The position numbers and the translations under genes are program-made. The notes under the pieces were generated by a model, which saw only the letters and a list, made by a program, of their open reading frames with translations, did not search any database and was not told where the DNA came from. This document shows positions 9,478 through 17,707 of a stretch of DNA of 64,000 bases, piece by piece (the first letter of the stretch is position 1; every line of letters starts with the position of its first letter). Origin of the DNA: an uncultured Treponema sp. (GTDB taxonomy: Bacteria > Spirochaetota > Spirochaetia > Treponematales > Treponemataceae); NCBI GenBank assembly GCA_964346805.1, contig CAYFWC010000008.1, positions 1,261 through 65,260 on the forward strand, given 5' to 3'.

Positions 9478-11439
9478 ATTATCTGCTCCACCAGAATTTT
9501 TTATCCCGATTTCCGCCTCTTTTTTGGCGCGTTTATCCTTATACTGTGATGAATCAGCTGTATTAAGCAGTTCCTCAATCTCGCACTTTACCCCGTTAAA
9601 TTCGGAAAAACCGACGCTTACAGAAAGAACAAAAGGATCGAGGCTGCTGAAATTGATTTTTTCGCATTCCAAGTCAAGCGCCTTTTTTATGCGTGGAAAA
9701 TCCTTGGGCTTCATATCGGCCGCAATGACCGCAAATTCGTCTCCGCCAAGGCGTCCGACAATATCTGTGGACCGGAAAATACTCTTTAGAACCCGTGCCT
9801 CGCATTTTATGGCGCGGTCCCCCACATCGTGTCCGTAGGTATCGTTAATTTTTTTAAGGCCGTCCATATCACAGAAAATAACAAGACCGCAGCCGCCAGC
9901 CTGAATGCATGATTCTATTTTTCTACGCGCCATTTCGTAAAAGCCACGGCGGTTCAGCAGGCCTGTCATCTCGTCCGTAAAAGAAAGTTTCTGCATCTTT
10001 TCAGAATACACTTCCAGATTTATATTCTGATTTATAAGAGAGTTCTTTTCCGTCTGCTCGCCGGTAATTTTTATCGAAGTAACAATCTCCTTGGAAATCA
10101 GTTCAAAGATAGACTGGTAGAAAATACGCTCATAACGCCCGAATTCAAAAAGTATGTAGCCGTACTGATAAGACTCGGCGTAAATAGGATAGATTGTCCA
10201 GCCGCCCCTTACCTTTTTGGAAATTTCCGGTGGCAAAATACAGAGATTCGGGTTAAAAGAAATATCCGGCCGTTCAAAAGACCCCTCATTAAAGAAAGTC
10301 ATTAAAACCTTTGCATTTGACGGACGGCAAAAATCACTGTTCTTGACATAATAAACAGGACGATCATACAAAACAAGAATAAAACCATGAACATCAAAGA
10401 GACAGAGTGAGTAATGCAGGCGCGAATAAAGGCTGTCCAGGGGAATGGGCGTCTGCGTCTCCATTAAAAAATAATGAAGCATATAAAGCTGATTATCGCT
10501 CATTCTTAGAATCTTATAACGGCGCTGATTAACAGCAACCCTATCCTTGTACAGCACAGTTTCCCCGGAAGTATTGCAGCCGCATGAATTGCGGAAGACA
10601 GGTTCGGCATGAATTGTCTCAATAGCGGCGACTCGTTCTCCTGCAATGCACCTTGAGAGCGTCGCAAGGGATAACATCACACAGTTTTCTATGTTTTGGT
10701 CTATCGTTGTAAAACTAAATTCACCGGCAGAAGTCTCAAAAACATTGTCAAAACCGGTAAGCAGAACATCTTTTGGCACATCATACCCATTATCTGTAAG
10801 ACACTGGTAGGCACCCAAAGCCATACTGTCATTAAGACAGACAATGGCATCAAAATCCTTTCCGTGTGTGCGGAGGTAATTGTGTAAGACTGAATTGGCA
10901 TTGTTAAATAAAAAACTGCCGTTCAATATATGATCGTCATCTATGTCAATTCCCTTTTCCGCAAGAGCACCGACAATAATTTTCTCACGCTCATCACTCT
11001 GAAAGTTACCCTTTGCGCAGCGGATAACCAGAAATTTTTCGGCCTTATGAATATCGACTAAATGAAAAACTAGTTTTCTAAGGGCGTCCGTAGGATCTAT
11101 CTTTATGGAAGGAATTCCTTCTATTTTAAAACCGACAGAAACCTTCGGAATAGGAGGAAGCATTTTTACAGTCTGAAGAACCCTGTTAAACTCCTTGTCA
11201 TAGGCAAGTGTAGCTGAGGCTACAACAAGACCTTCAATATTGTGCTTGCTGATAAAGCCTAAAAGAGTCTCGCAATGATAATCATATATTCCGGAATTTT
11301 TTCCGTGCTCAAGAGGAAAGACATAATAATCCCAATCATTCTCCGCGCAATAACGCTTAACCGCATTTAAAAACGCAACCGAATAATCAGAGTAAATTGT
11401 ATTTACCAGTACGCCTATATGTCTTCCGCTCATTTTCAA
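8059..11439 (-). CDS. single open frame joining a periplasmic-binding-protein-like sensor, a GGDEF diguanylate cyclase and a complete argininosuccinate lyase
   Basis: 1126 codons without a stop. LacI/RbsB-like sugar-binding fold without HTH at the N-terminus. GGDEF at 9733-9747 with an RSTD I-site. The ArgH part runs from MEHGTL...ALWSGRF. The track start at 11439 is TTG; an ATG at 11433 lies 2 nt after the ilvB TGA. Confidence 0.75.
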   Translation of the reverse strand: MKMSGRHIGVLVNTIYSDYSVAFLNAVKRYCAENDWDYYVFPLEHGKNSGIYDYHCETLLGFISKHNIEGLVVASATLAYDKEFNRVLQTVKMLPPIPKVSVGFKIEGIPSIKIDPTDALRKLVFHLVDIHKAEKFLVIRCAKGNFQSDEREKIIVGALAEKGIDIDDDHILNGSFLFNNANSVLHNYLRTHGKDFDAIVCLNDSMALGAYQCLTDNGYDVPKDVLLTGFDNVFETSAGEFSFTTIDQNIENCVMLSLATLSRCIAGERVAAIETIHAEPVFRNSCGCNTSGETVLYKDRVAVNQRRYKILRMSDNQLYMLHYFLMETQTPIPLDSLYSRLHYSLCLFDVHGFILVLYDRPVYYVKNSDFCRPSNAKVLMTFFNEGSFERPDISFNPNLCILPPEISKKVRGGWTIYPIYAESYQYGYILFEFGRYERIFYQSIFELISKEIVTSIKITGEQTEKNSLINQNINLEVYSEKMQKLSFTDEMTGLLNRRGFYEMARRKIESCIQAGGCGLVIFCDMDGLKKINDTYGHDVGDRAIKCEARVLKSIFRSTDIVGRLGGDEFAVIAADMKPKDFPRIKKALDLECEKINFSSLDPFVLSVSVGFSEFNGVKCEIEELLNTADSSQYKDKRAKKEAEIGIKNSGGADNMEHGTLTKDNHSALWSGRFKEGPDAAAVAFETSIHVDERMALDDIQGSLAHAEMLSAVKIISKADFSKIKGGLLSIKKDLESGALKIDYSAEDIHSFIEATLTDRVGEAGKKLHTGRSRNDQIALDERIYLRRVIPLLQNKILTLIGALSRIASKNADTLMPGYTHMQHAQPVTLGQHVCAWAWSLERDWTRLEDALGRISLSPLGSGALAGSGLPLDRDYTAKKLGFAGATQNSIDSVSDRDYCIEFTGAFSLLQMHLSRFCEEIVLWATSEFSFINLSEKWSTGSSIMPQKKNPDFAELIRGRTGKVYGDLFNLMTMMKGLPLAYDRDLQEDKAPLFDALDTVSDCLTVFTYMISSAAFNKKKMAESCESGYLNATDVADYLVRKGVPFREAHGISARAVRIAIDAGVKLEDLSMEEFHSCSKLIEEDIYNLITPAACAAARTTKGGAAPAMVKEQVKDLEKIVKNRTKK

Positions 11440-13175
11440 TTAAAATTTGACTCGTCTATACTCATAATCTGATTATAGATTGCGCTTCCGCCCGGAACCA
11501 TGGGAAGCACCAGCTCATCAATATCAACCTTTGCGTCAATTACGCAGGGCTTCCCGCTCTTAAAGGCCTTTTTGAATACATCAGAAAATTCCTTTGCATT
11601 TGATGCACGGTAACCGTCAATTCCGTAAGCGGAGGCAAGCTTTACCCAGTCAGGACCAAAGTCAAGCGTAGTTGCGGAATAGCGTTTTCCGTAAAAGAGT
11701 TTTTGCCAGAGACGGACATTTCCGAGAGTCCCGTTGTTTACAACCACAAACACAATCGGAAGGTTGTAATGCTGGACCGTTGCAAGCTCGTTGCAGTTCA
11801 TTCTGAAAGATCCGTCGCCGGCTATCGCCACAACCCTGGCCTTTGGGTTTGCAAACTGAGTTCCTATGGCTGCTCCTGTTCCAAACCCCATTGTTCCGAG
11901 ACCGCCGCTTGTGATAAAGGTGCGCGGTTTTTGGAATGGATAGAACTGGGCTGTCCACATCTGATGCTCGCCTACTTCTGTCGTAATAAAGGTATTGTCC
12001 CCGGCAACCCTGTGAATTTCCTCGCAGATAAACTTAGGATTGATTGAATCTTTTGGTTCCTTAAAATAGCTGGGCGGAACTTCTTTTTTCCATGCAGAAA
12101 TCTGCTTGAGCCATTCGGAGTGCTTCTCTTCTTTTAAGAGAGGCATAAGGCGTCCGAGTATATCCTTTAGATCACCCACCAGATGCATATTCGTGTCGAT
12201 ATTCTTATCAATTTCGGCCGGATCAATATCAATATGGAGAATCCTTGAGTTTACGGCAAATTTCTTTGCGTCTCCAAGAACACGGTCGCTAAAGCGGGCT
12301 CCCAGAGTAATCAGAAGATCGCATTCTGTAACGGCCATATTGGAAGCCCTGGTTCCGTGCATTCCGACCATCCATGTGCAGAGCGGATTGTCCGCGGGAA
12401 AAGCGGACCGGGCCATAAGACTTTCACTTACAGGAATGCTTGCCTTTTCCGCAAACGCCAGAAGTTCAGCGGAAGCGTTTGAGATAATGACACCACCGCC
12501 TGCATAGATTACGGGTTTTTTCGCGGAATTAATGAGTTTTGCGGTCTCTTTTATCTGAGCATTCGAGGGGGTTGCGGTTGTAAAGACACGCTTCATATTG
12601 GGAGCCATTTTTTCAAGCAGCTTTTTTGAATCGCTTATTTTTTTAAGAGGGGTAAATTCGACTAGATTTTTGGGATCCGTCACCTCTTTCGGAATATCGA
12701 TTAAAACAGGACCGGGGCGGCCGGAGCGGGCAATCTCAAATGCAGCGCGGATTGTTCCGGCCAAATCCTCAATATTGTGCACCATAAAATTATGCTTTGT
12801 TATCGGCATTGTAACGCCGGTAATATCAATTTCCTGGAAAGAATCTTTTCCAAGTAAGGGAGTGGCAACATTGCAGGTAAAGGCGACGATTGGAGAAGAA
12901 TCCATATACGCAGTGGCAATTCCCGTTACAAGATTTGTCGCACCAGGGCCTGACGTCGCAAAGCAGACTCCTACTTTTCCTGTCGAGCGCGCATAGCCGT
13001 CCGCCGCATGCGAGGCCCCCTGCTCATGCGCCGTTAGAATATGACGAATACGATTTTTATTTTTATACAACTCATCATAAATATTAAGAATGGCTCCTCC
13101 AGGGTAACCGAAAATAGTATCAACCCCCTGCTCAACCAGACATTCAATCACAACCTGGGATCCAGAAATCTTCAT
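11436..13175 (-). CDS. ilvB: acetolactate synthase large (catalytic) subunit
   Basis: 579-aa TPP enzyme: GYPGGAILNIYDEL, GGLGTMGFGTGAAIG, IAGDGSFRMN. Confidence 0.9.
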   Translation of the reverse strand: MKISGSQVVIECLVEQGVDTIFGYPGGAILNIYDELYKNKNRIRHILTAHEQGASHAADGYARSTGKVGVCFATSGPGATNLVTGIATAYMDSSPIVAFTCNVATPLLGKDSFQEIDITGVTMPITKHNFMVHNIEDLAGTIRAAFEIARSGRPGPVLIDIPKEVTDPKNLVEFTPLKKISDSKKLLEKMAPNMKRVFTTATPSNAQIKETAKLINSAKKPVIYAGGGVIISNASAELLAFAEKASIPVSESLMARSAFPADNPLCTWMVGMHGTRASNMAVTECDLLITLGARFSDRVLGDAKKFAVNSRILHIDIDPAEIDKNIDTNMHLVGDLKDILGRLMPLLKEEKHSEWLKQISAWKKEVPPSYFKEPKDSINPKFICEEIHRVAGDNTFITTEVGEHQMWTAQFYPFQKPRTFITSGGLGTMGFGTGAAIGTQFANPKARVVAIAGDGSFRMNCNELATVQHYNLPIVFVVVNNGTLGNVRLWQKLFYGKRYSATTLDFGPDWVKLASAYGIDGYRASNAKEFSDVFKKAFKSGKPCVIDAKVDIDELVLPMVPGGSAIYNQIMSIDESNFN

Positions 13176-13343
13176 CGCATATTCCTTACAATTTTAGTTT
13201 GAGTATTATATTAAAATCTTAATATAATTTCAAGAGATAAAAAGACGGTGTCTTACAGTCTATAAAAAACTCAGCCTATAAAAATACCGGAAAACAAAGC
13301 CTGCAATAAGTGCATGCTTTACATTCCGGCTTTTATTAAGAAA

Positions 13344-15080
13344 TTACTTTAGAATCGCCCCTTCGTCCGCAGAACTTACGAGTTTCGCATAGCGGGCAAG
13401 ATAGCCGCCTGTCACTTTCGGAGCCGGCGCCTTCCAAGCCTTTGCACGGCTGGCAAGTTCCTCGTCGCTTACTTCAAGAGTAATCTTGTAGGCGTTGATG
13501 TCCAGAGAAATCATATCACCGTCTTTCACAAGGGCTATAGGACCGCCTACAGCGGCTTCCGGGGAGCAGTGTCCGAGCGAGGCTCCACGGGTTGCGCCCG
13601 AAAAACGGCCGTCCGTAATAAGAGCGACCTGCTTGTCCAGCCCCTGTCCCGCAAGGGCAGCGGTGACGGCGAGCATCTCGCGCATTCCGGGACCGCCTTT
13701 GGGTCCTTCATAGCGGATTACGACTACATCGCCGGGCTTAATCTGCTGCTTTTGAACGGCCTTCATAGCCTCGCTCTCGTCATTGAATACACGCGCGGGG
13801 CCTGTATGTTTCATAAGTTCCTTTGCGCAGGCGCTTCTCTTTACGACAGTTCCGTTGGGAGCAAGATTTCCGAAGAGAATGGCGATTCCGCCGTTGTCAC
13901 TGTAGGGATTCTCAATCGGGCGGAGAATATCGGGATTGCGGTTAACGACACCCTTTATGTTCTGCGCGATTGTCTTTCCGGTAGCGGTAATCATACTGGT
14001 CTTGACGAGCCCCTTCTTTGCAAGCTCCGCCAGAACAGCCTGAACTCCGCCCGCATCGTCCAGCTCGCACATAAAGGTGTGGCCGGCAGGTGCCAGATGG
14101 CAGAGGTTCGGCGTATGCTCTGAAATATCGTTAATCATATGCAGGTCAAGTTTTACACCGGCCTCGTGCGCAATAGCCGGCACATGGAGAATTGTGTTGC
14201 TCGAGCAGCCAAGAGCCATATCGGCGGTCAGGGCGTTGCGGAACGAATCCTTTGTCATCATCTGGCGGGCTGTAATTCCGCGCCTGTACAATTCCATGAC
14301 TGCCATTCCGGCATGTTTTGCGAGAGCCAGACGGCGCCCCTGAACAGCCGGAATTGTTCCGTTTCCGGGAAGCCCCAGTCCGAGAACCTCGGTAAGGCAG
14401 TTCATTGAGTTTGCGGTGAACATTCCGGAACAGGCACCGCAGCCGGGGCATGCAACCTGTTCAAGCTCACGGAGCTGGGCGGCAGTGATTTTTCCCGCCG
14501 CAAGACCTCCGACAGCCTCGAACATATCGGTCAAAGAAAGGTTTTTGTCGGAATACGGATTAGAAGAGTCGTGCCCCGGAAGATGTCCGGGCATCATAGG
14601 ACCGCCTGAACAGAATACAGTCGGAAGATCAAGACGCGCGGCCGCCATAAGCATACCGGGAACAATCTTGTCGCAGTTGGGAATCATCACAAGGGCGTCA
14701 AACTGGTGGGCCTTTGCAACACATTCAACAGAGTCCGCTATAAGCTCGCGGGTAACAAGGGAATACTTCATTCCCTCATGTCCCATGGCAATACCGTCGC
14801 AGACCCCTATGGCGGGGAACTCAATCGGCGTTCCTCCTGCCATACGGATACCGGCTTTTACAGCCTCGGCAATGCGGTCAAGCTCAAAATGACCGGGTAT
14901 TATCTCATTTTTTGCGCAGCAAACACCTACAAGGGGACGATCCAATTCTTCGTCAGTGTAGCCCATCGCATAGAAAAGACTGCGGTGAGGGGCTCGGGCA
15001 GTTCCCTTTGTTGCGTTGTCAGAACGCTTCTCATTTTTTTTCGGGGCGGTTTTCGCACCGTTCTTTTTTGTTGTAGCCAT
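13344..15080 (-). CDS. ilvD: dihydroxy-acid dehydratase
   Basis: 578 aa. Contains [28 protein letters not shown] and [14 protein letters not shown]. Confidence 0.9.
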   Translation of the reverse strand: MATTKKNGAKTAPKKNEKRSDNATKGTARAPHRSLFYAMGYTDEELDRPLVGVCCAKNEIIPGHFELDRIAEAVKAGIRMAGGTPIEFPAIGVCDGIAMGHEGMKYSLVTRELIADSVECVAKAHQFDALVMIPNCDKIVPGMLMAAARLDLPTVFCSGGPMMPGHLPGHDSSNPYSDKNLSLTDMFEAVGGLAAGKITAAQLRELEQVACPGCGACSGMFTANSMNCLTEVLGLGLPGNGTIPAVQGRRLALAKHAGMAVMELYRRGITARQMMTKDSFRNALTADMALGCSSNTILHVPAIAHEAGVKLDLHMINDISEHTPNLCHLAPAGHTFMCELDDAGGVQAVLAELAKKGLVKTSMITATGKTIAQNIKGVVNRNPDILRPIENPYSDNGGIAILFGNLAPNGTVVKRSACAKELMKHTGPARVFNDESEAMKAVQKQQIKPGDVVVIRYEGPKGGPGMREMLAVTAALAGQGLDKQVALITDGRFSGATRGASLGHCSPEAAVGGPIALVKDGDMISLDINAYKITLEVSDEELASRAKAWKAPAPKVTGGYLARYAKLVSSADEGAILK

Positions 15081-15143
15081 TAAAAAATCCTTTGTTCACA
15101 ATAAGCGCCACGGGCGGCGCGTTACCAGTATTGAAGTGATATG

Positions 15144-15203
15144 CAGGAACTGGCAGTCGCCAATTCCTGACGGCAATAAAATGACATGTATGTCATTTTA
15201 TTG
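15144..15203 (-). promoter_or_regulatory. two hairpins in the ilvE-ilvD spacer; possible attenuator or RNA-stability element
   Basis: A perfect 14-bp inverted repeat, CAATAAAATGACAT/ATGTCATTTTATTG (15174-15203), overlaps the ilvE stop. A second stem, CAGGAA..TTCCTG, lies at 15144-15169. No clear U-tract follows either. Confidence 0.3.
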
Positions 15204-16215
15204 TTACTACCCAGCCTTCGGGAGCTTTTTCCGTTCCCATCTGAATACCTGTGAGAGTCTCGCGGAGTTTTTTCATAACAGGACCGCACTCATCCATTCC
15301 AGAGGGAATCATTATTTTTGTATCGTGGTCGTCAATCTCGCCGATCGGGCTGATGACAGCGGCTGTTCCGCAGAGTCCCGCCTCGACAAAATCCTTGAGC
15401 TCAGACTTGTTAATCTGTCTCTCCTCTACTTCCATGCCGCAGTATTCTTTTGCAACCTGAACGAGGGATCGTCTTGTGATTGAAGGAAGAATTGAATTTG
15501 ATTTAGGAGTTACAAGTTTTCCGTCCTTTGTAACGAAGAGAACGTTTGCGCCGCCTGTTTCCTCAATATATGTGTGACTTGTGGGGTCTGTGTAGAGGTT
15601 CTCGCTGTAGCCGCACTTGTGGGCGTCAACAATGTTGTGAAGACTCATGGCATAGTTAAGACCAGCCTTAATGTCTCCTGTTCCGTGGGGAGCGGCGCGA
15701 TCGAGGTCAGAAATACGGATTTTTATCGGTTTTACGCCGCCCTTAAAATAAGGTCCTACCGGTGTTACAAGAATACGGAACTGGAATTCGTCAGCCGGCT
15801 TTACACCGATAACGGCGCTTGAGCCGAACATATAGGGGCGGATATAAAGCGTTGCGCCGCTTCCGTACGGAGGAACCCAGTCAATGTTTGCCTTAACGGT
15901 GTCCTTTACAGCCTGGATAAAACGGTCTTCCGGGAAAACCGGCATCTCAAGGCGGCGGCAGGAGTCGGCCATGCGGCTGGCGTTCAAATCGGGGCGGAAT
16001 GTCACAATCTTTCCGTCCTTTGTCTGATAGGCTTTAAGCCCCTCAAAGCATGACTGACAGTACTGGAGAACACCGGCACATTCTGAAATTTTGACTGAAT
16101 GGTCTTTTGTAAGTTTTCCTGAATCCCATTTTCCGTCTTTGAAATTTGCAACGAAACTTTTTGCAGTTTCCATGTAGCCAAAGGGCAGATTGCCCCAATC
16201 AAGTTTTTTTGCCAT
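15193..16215 (-). CDS. ilvE: branched-chain amino-acid aminotransferase
   Basis: Class IV aminotransferase starting MAKKLDWGNLPFGYMETAK. ATG at 16215 is preceded by GAGGAG. The track extension to 16338 has no homology-like sequence. Confidence 0.85.
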   Translation of the reverse strand: MAKKLDWGNLPFGYMETAKSFVANFKDGKWDSGKLTKDHSVKISECAGVLQYCQSCFEGLKAYQTKDGKIVTFRPDLNASRMADSCRRLEMPVFPEDRFIQAVKDTVKANIDWVPPYGSGATLYIRPYMFGSSAVIGVKPADEFQFRILVTPVGPYFKGGVKPIKIRISDLDRAAPHGTGDIKAGLNYAMSLHNIVDAHKCGYSENLYTDPTSHTYIEETGGANVLFVTKDGKLVTPKSNSILPSITRRSLVQVAKEYCGMEVEERQINKSELKDFVEAGLCGTAAVISPIGEIDDHDTKIMIPSGMDECGPVMKKLRETLTGIQMGTEKAPEGWVVTIK

Positions 16216-16324
16216 ATTGAACTCCTCTTCAAGTTTTAGATCGCCCCGGCGACCCTTATTCTGCATGAAGCAGTAAGAAACTGCAAAAGCAATTTTCAGG
16301 CTGGCTTCTTTAAATTCAACTTTA

Positions 16325-16353
16325 ATTTTATACCACAATTGAATTTTTGTAAA
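16325..16353 (-). promoter_or_regulatory. sigma70-type promoter candidate for ilvE-ilvD-ilvB
   Basis: Minus strand: TTTACA (16353-16348), 17-nt spacer, TAAAAT (16330-16325). This would give a leader of about 100 nt. Confidence 0.35.
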
Positions 16354-16382
16354 TAGGAATTTAGCAGAAATATTAAATTTTA

Positions 16383-16416
16383 CTGAATTTTTTTAATATA
16401 AATTAAAAAAATTCAG
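16383..16416. repeat. AT-rich perfect palindrome between divergent promoters
   Basis: CTGAATTTTTTT-AATATAAATT-AAAAAAATTCAG, with 12-bp perfect arms. Confidence 0.7.
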
Positions 16417-16450
16417 CAGGGGGCAGGAATAATATATTCTTTCAATTTTA

Positions 16451-16479
16451 TTGAATATTCTTTTACTTTATGCTATAAT
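16451..16479 (+). promoter_or_regulatory. near-consensus sigma70 promoter placed for a leaderless rfbB mRNA
   Basis: TTGAAT (16451-16456), 17-nt spacer, extended -10 TGCTATAAT (16471-16479). Only 6 nt (AATTCA) separate it from the ATG at 16486. No SD. Confidence 0.55.
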
Positions 16480-16485
16480 AATTCA

Positions 16486-17619
16486 ATGCGAAAACTGAAA
16501 AACATTTTGGTCACAGGCGGAGCAGGTTTTATCGGAGCAAACTTTATCCGCTGTCTTTTTGGAATGTCCGCATCCGGCAAGAGTGAATTCAACTTTAACG
16601 ATTTTACAGGACATGTGGTAAATCTTGACGCCCTCACCTACGCAGGCAATCTGGAAAATCTTGAGGATGTTGATAAAAAATATGGTTCCGGCGCCGCTGA
16701 GAAAGACAGACGCTATTTCTTTGAGCGCGGAGACATCTGCGACCGTGCAAATGTTGACCGCATTTTCAGGCAGTATGACATTGACACAGTAGTGCATTTT
16801 GCGGCGGAGAGCCATGTTGACCGCTCGGTTCTCGACCCCGGCGCCTTTGTAAAGACAAATGTCCTGGGCACACATACACTTCTTGACGCGGCGAAGACCT
16901 ACTGGGGCTGCTCGCTCGACAATATCCGCGATGATGTCCTCTTCCACCATATCTCAACCGATGAGGTTTACGGCTCTTTAGGTCCGGAGGGCTACTTTAC
17001 GGAGACAACGCTTTACGATCCCCGCTCGCCCTACTCGGCCTCAAAGGCTTCGAGCGACCACATTGCCTTTGCCTATTACCACACATTCGGTCTGCCGCTA
17101 ACGCTCTCAAACTGCACAAACAACTACGGCCCCTACCAGTTCCCGGAAAAACTGATTCCCCTTATGATACTGAACATTTCCCAGGGAAAGAACCTTCCCG
17201 TTTACGGAGAGGGAAAAAATATCCGCGACTGGATTTATGTCGAGGACCACAACAAGGCTGTCTGGCAGATTCTGAAGAACGGCCGGAGCGGACAAAAATA
17301 CAATATCGGCGGCGAGAACGAAAAGCAGAATGTCAAGATTCTGGACCAGCTTATAGAACTTACATCAAAAGCTCTGGACCTCAATGCCGATGATGTGCGG
17401 AAAACAATAGTTCATGTAAAGGATCGCCCAGGCCATGACATGCGGTATGCGATCGACTGCACAAAAATAAAGGAAGAACTCGGCTGGAAGCGCGAGATGA
17501 CATTTGAGCGGGGACTTGCCCTTACAGTAAAGTGGAATCTTGAGAACAAGGAATGGATAAAGCACATTCAGTCCGGCGACTATATGAACTGGATGAACAG
17601 GAATTATACACAGCGCTAG
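16486..17619 (+). CDS. rfbB: dTDP-glucose 4,6-dehydratase
   Basis: Rossmann motif GGAGFIGANF, catalytic YSASKASSDH (YxxxK), and a typical RfbB C-terminus. 377 aa. Confidence 0.9.
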   Translation: MRKLKNILVTGGAGFIGANFIRCLFGMSASGKSEFNFNDFTGHVVNLDALTYAGNLENLEDVDKKYGSGAAEKDRRYFFERGDICDRANVDRIFRQYDIDTVVHFAAESHVDRSVLDPGAFVKTNVLGTHTLLDAAKTYWGCSLDNIRDDVLFHHISTDEVYGSLGPEGYFTETTLYDPRSPYSASKASSDHIAFAYYHTFGLPLTLSNCTNNYGPYQFPEKLIPLMILNISQGKNLPVYGEGKNIRDWIYVEDHNKAVWQILKNGRSGQKYNIGGENEKQNVKILDQLIELTSKALDLNADDVRKTIVHVKDRPGHDMRYAIDCTKIKEELGWKREMTFERGLALTVKWNLENKEWIKHIQSGDYMNWMNRNYTQR

Positions 17620-17646
17620 AAACGCGCGGAAAACATTTCCGGAAGG

Positions 17647-17678
17647 CTCTGAAAAGCCAATTCATTGGTTTTTCAGAG
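17647..17678 (+). terminator. hairpin downstream of rfbB; member of a repeated hairpin family
   Basis: CTCTGAAAAGCCAAT-TC-ATTGGTTTTTCAGAG, a 15-bp stem with one G.U pair, 28 nt after the rfbB TAG. It is not followed by a strong T-run. A near copy lies at 45636-45666. Confidence 0.4.
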
Positions 17679-17707
17679 TTGTCATTCAAAAAGTTCAAGT
17701 TTTTTTT

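Noticed and set aside
15193-16338. N-terminally extended track ORFs: ilvE to 16338, the FAH-like gene to 52325, the helicase to 51105, and ispH to 2289.
   Set aside because: The extensions start at upstream ATG, TTG or GTG codons inside promoter, terminator or neighbouring-gene sequence and lack an SD. Conserved N-termini with an SD, or with a -10 element at leaderless spacing, begin at the downstream ATGs given in the feature list.
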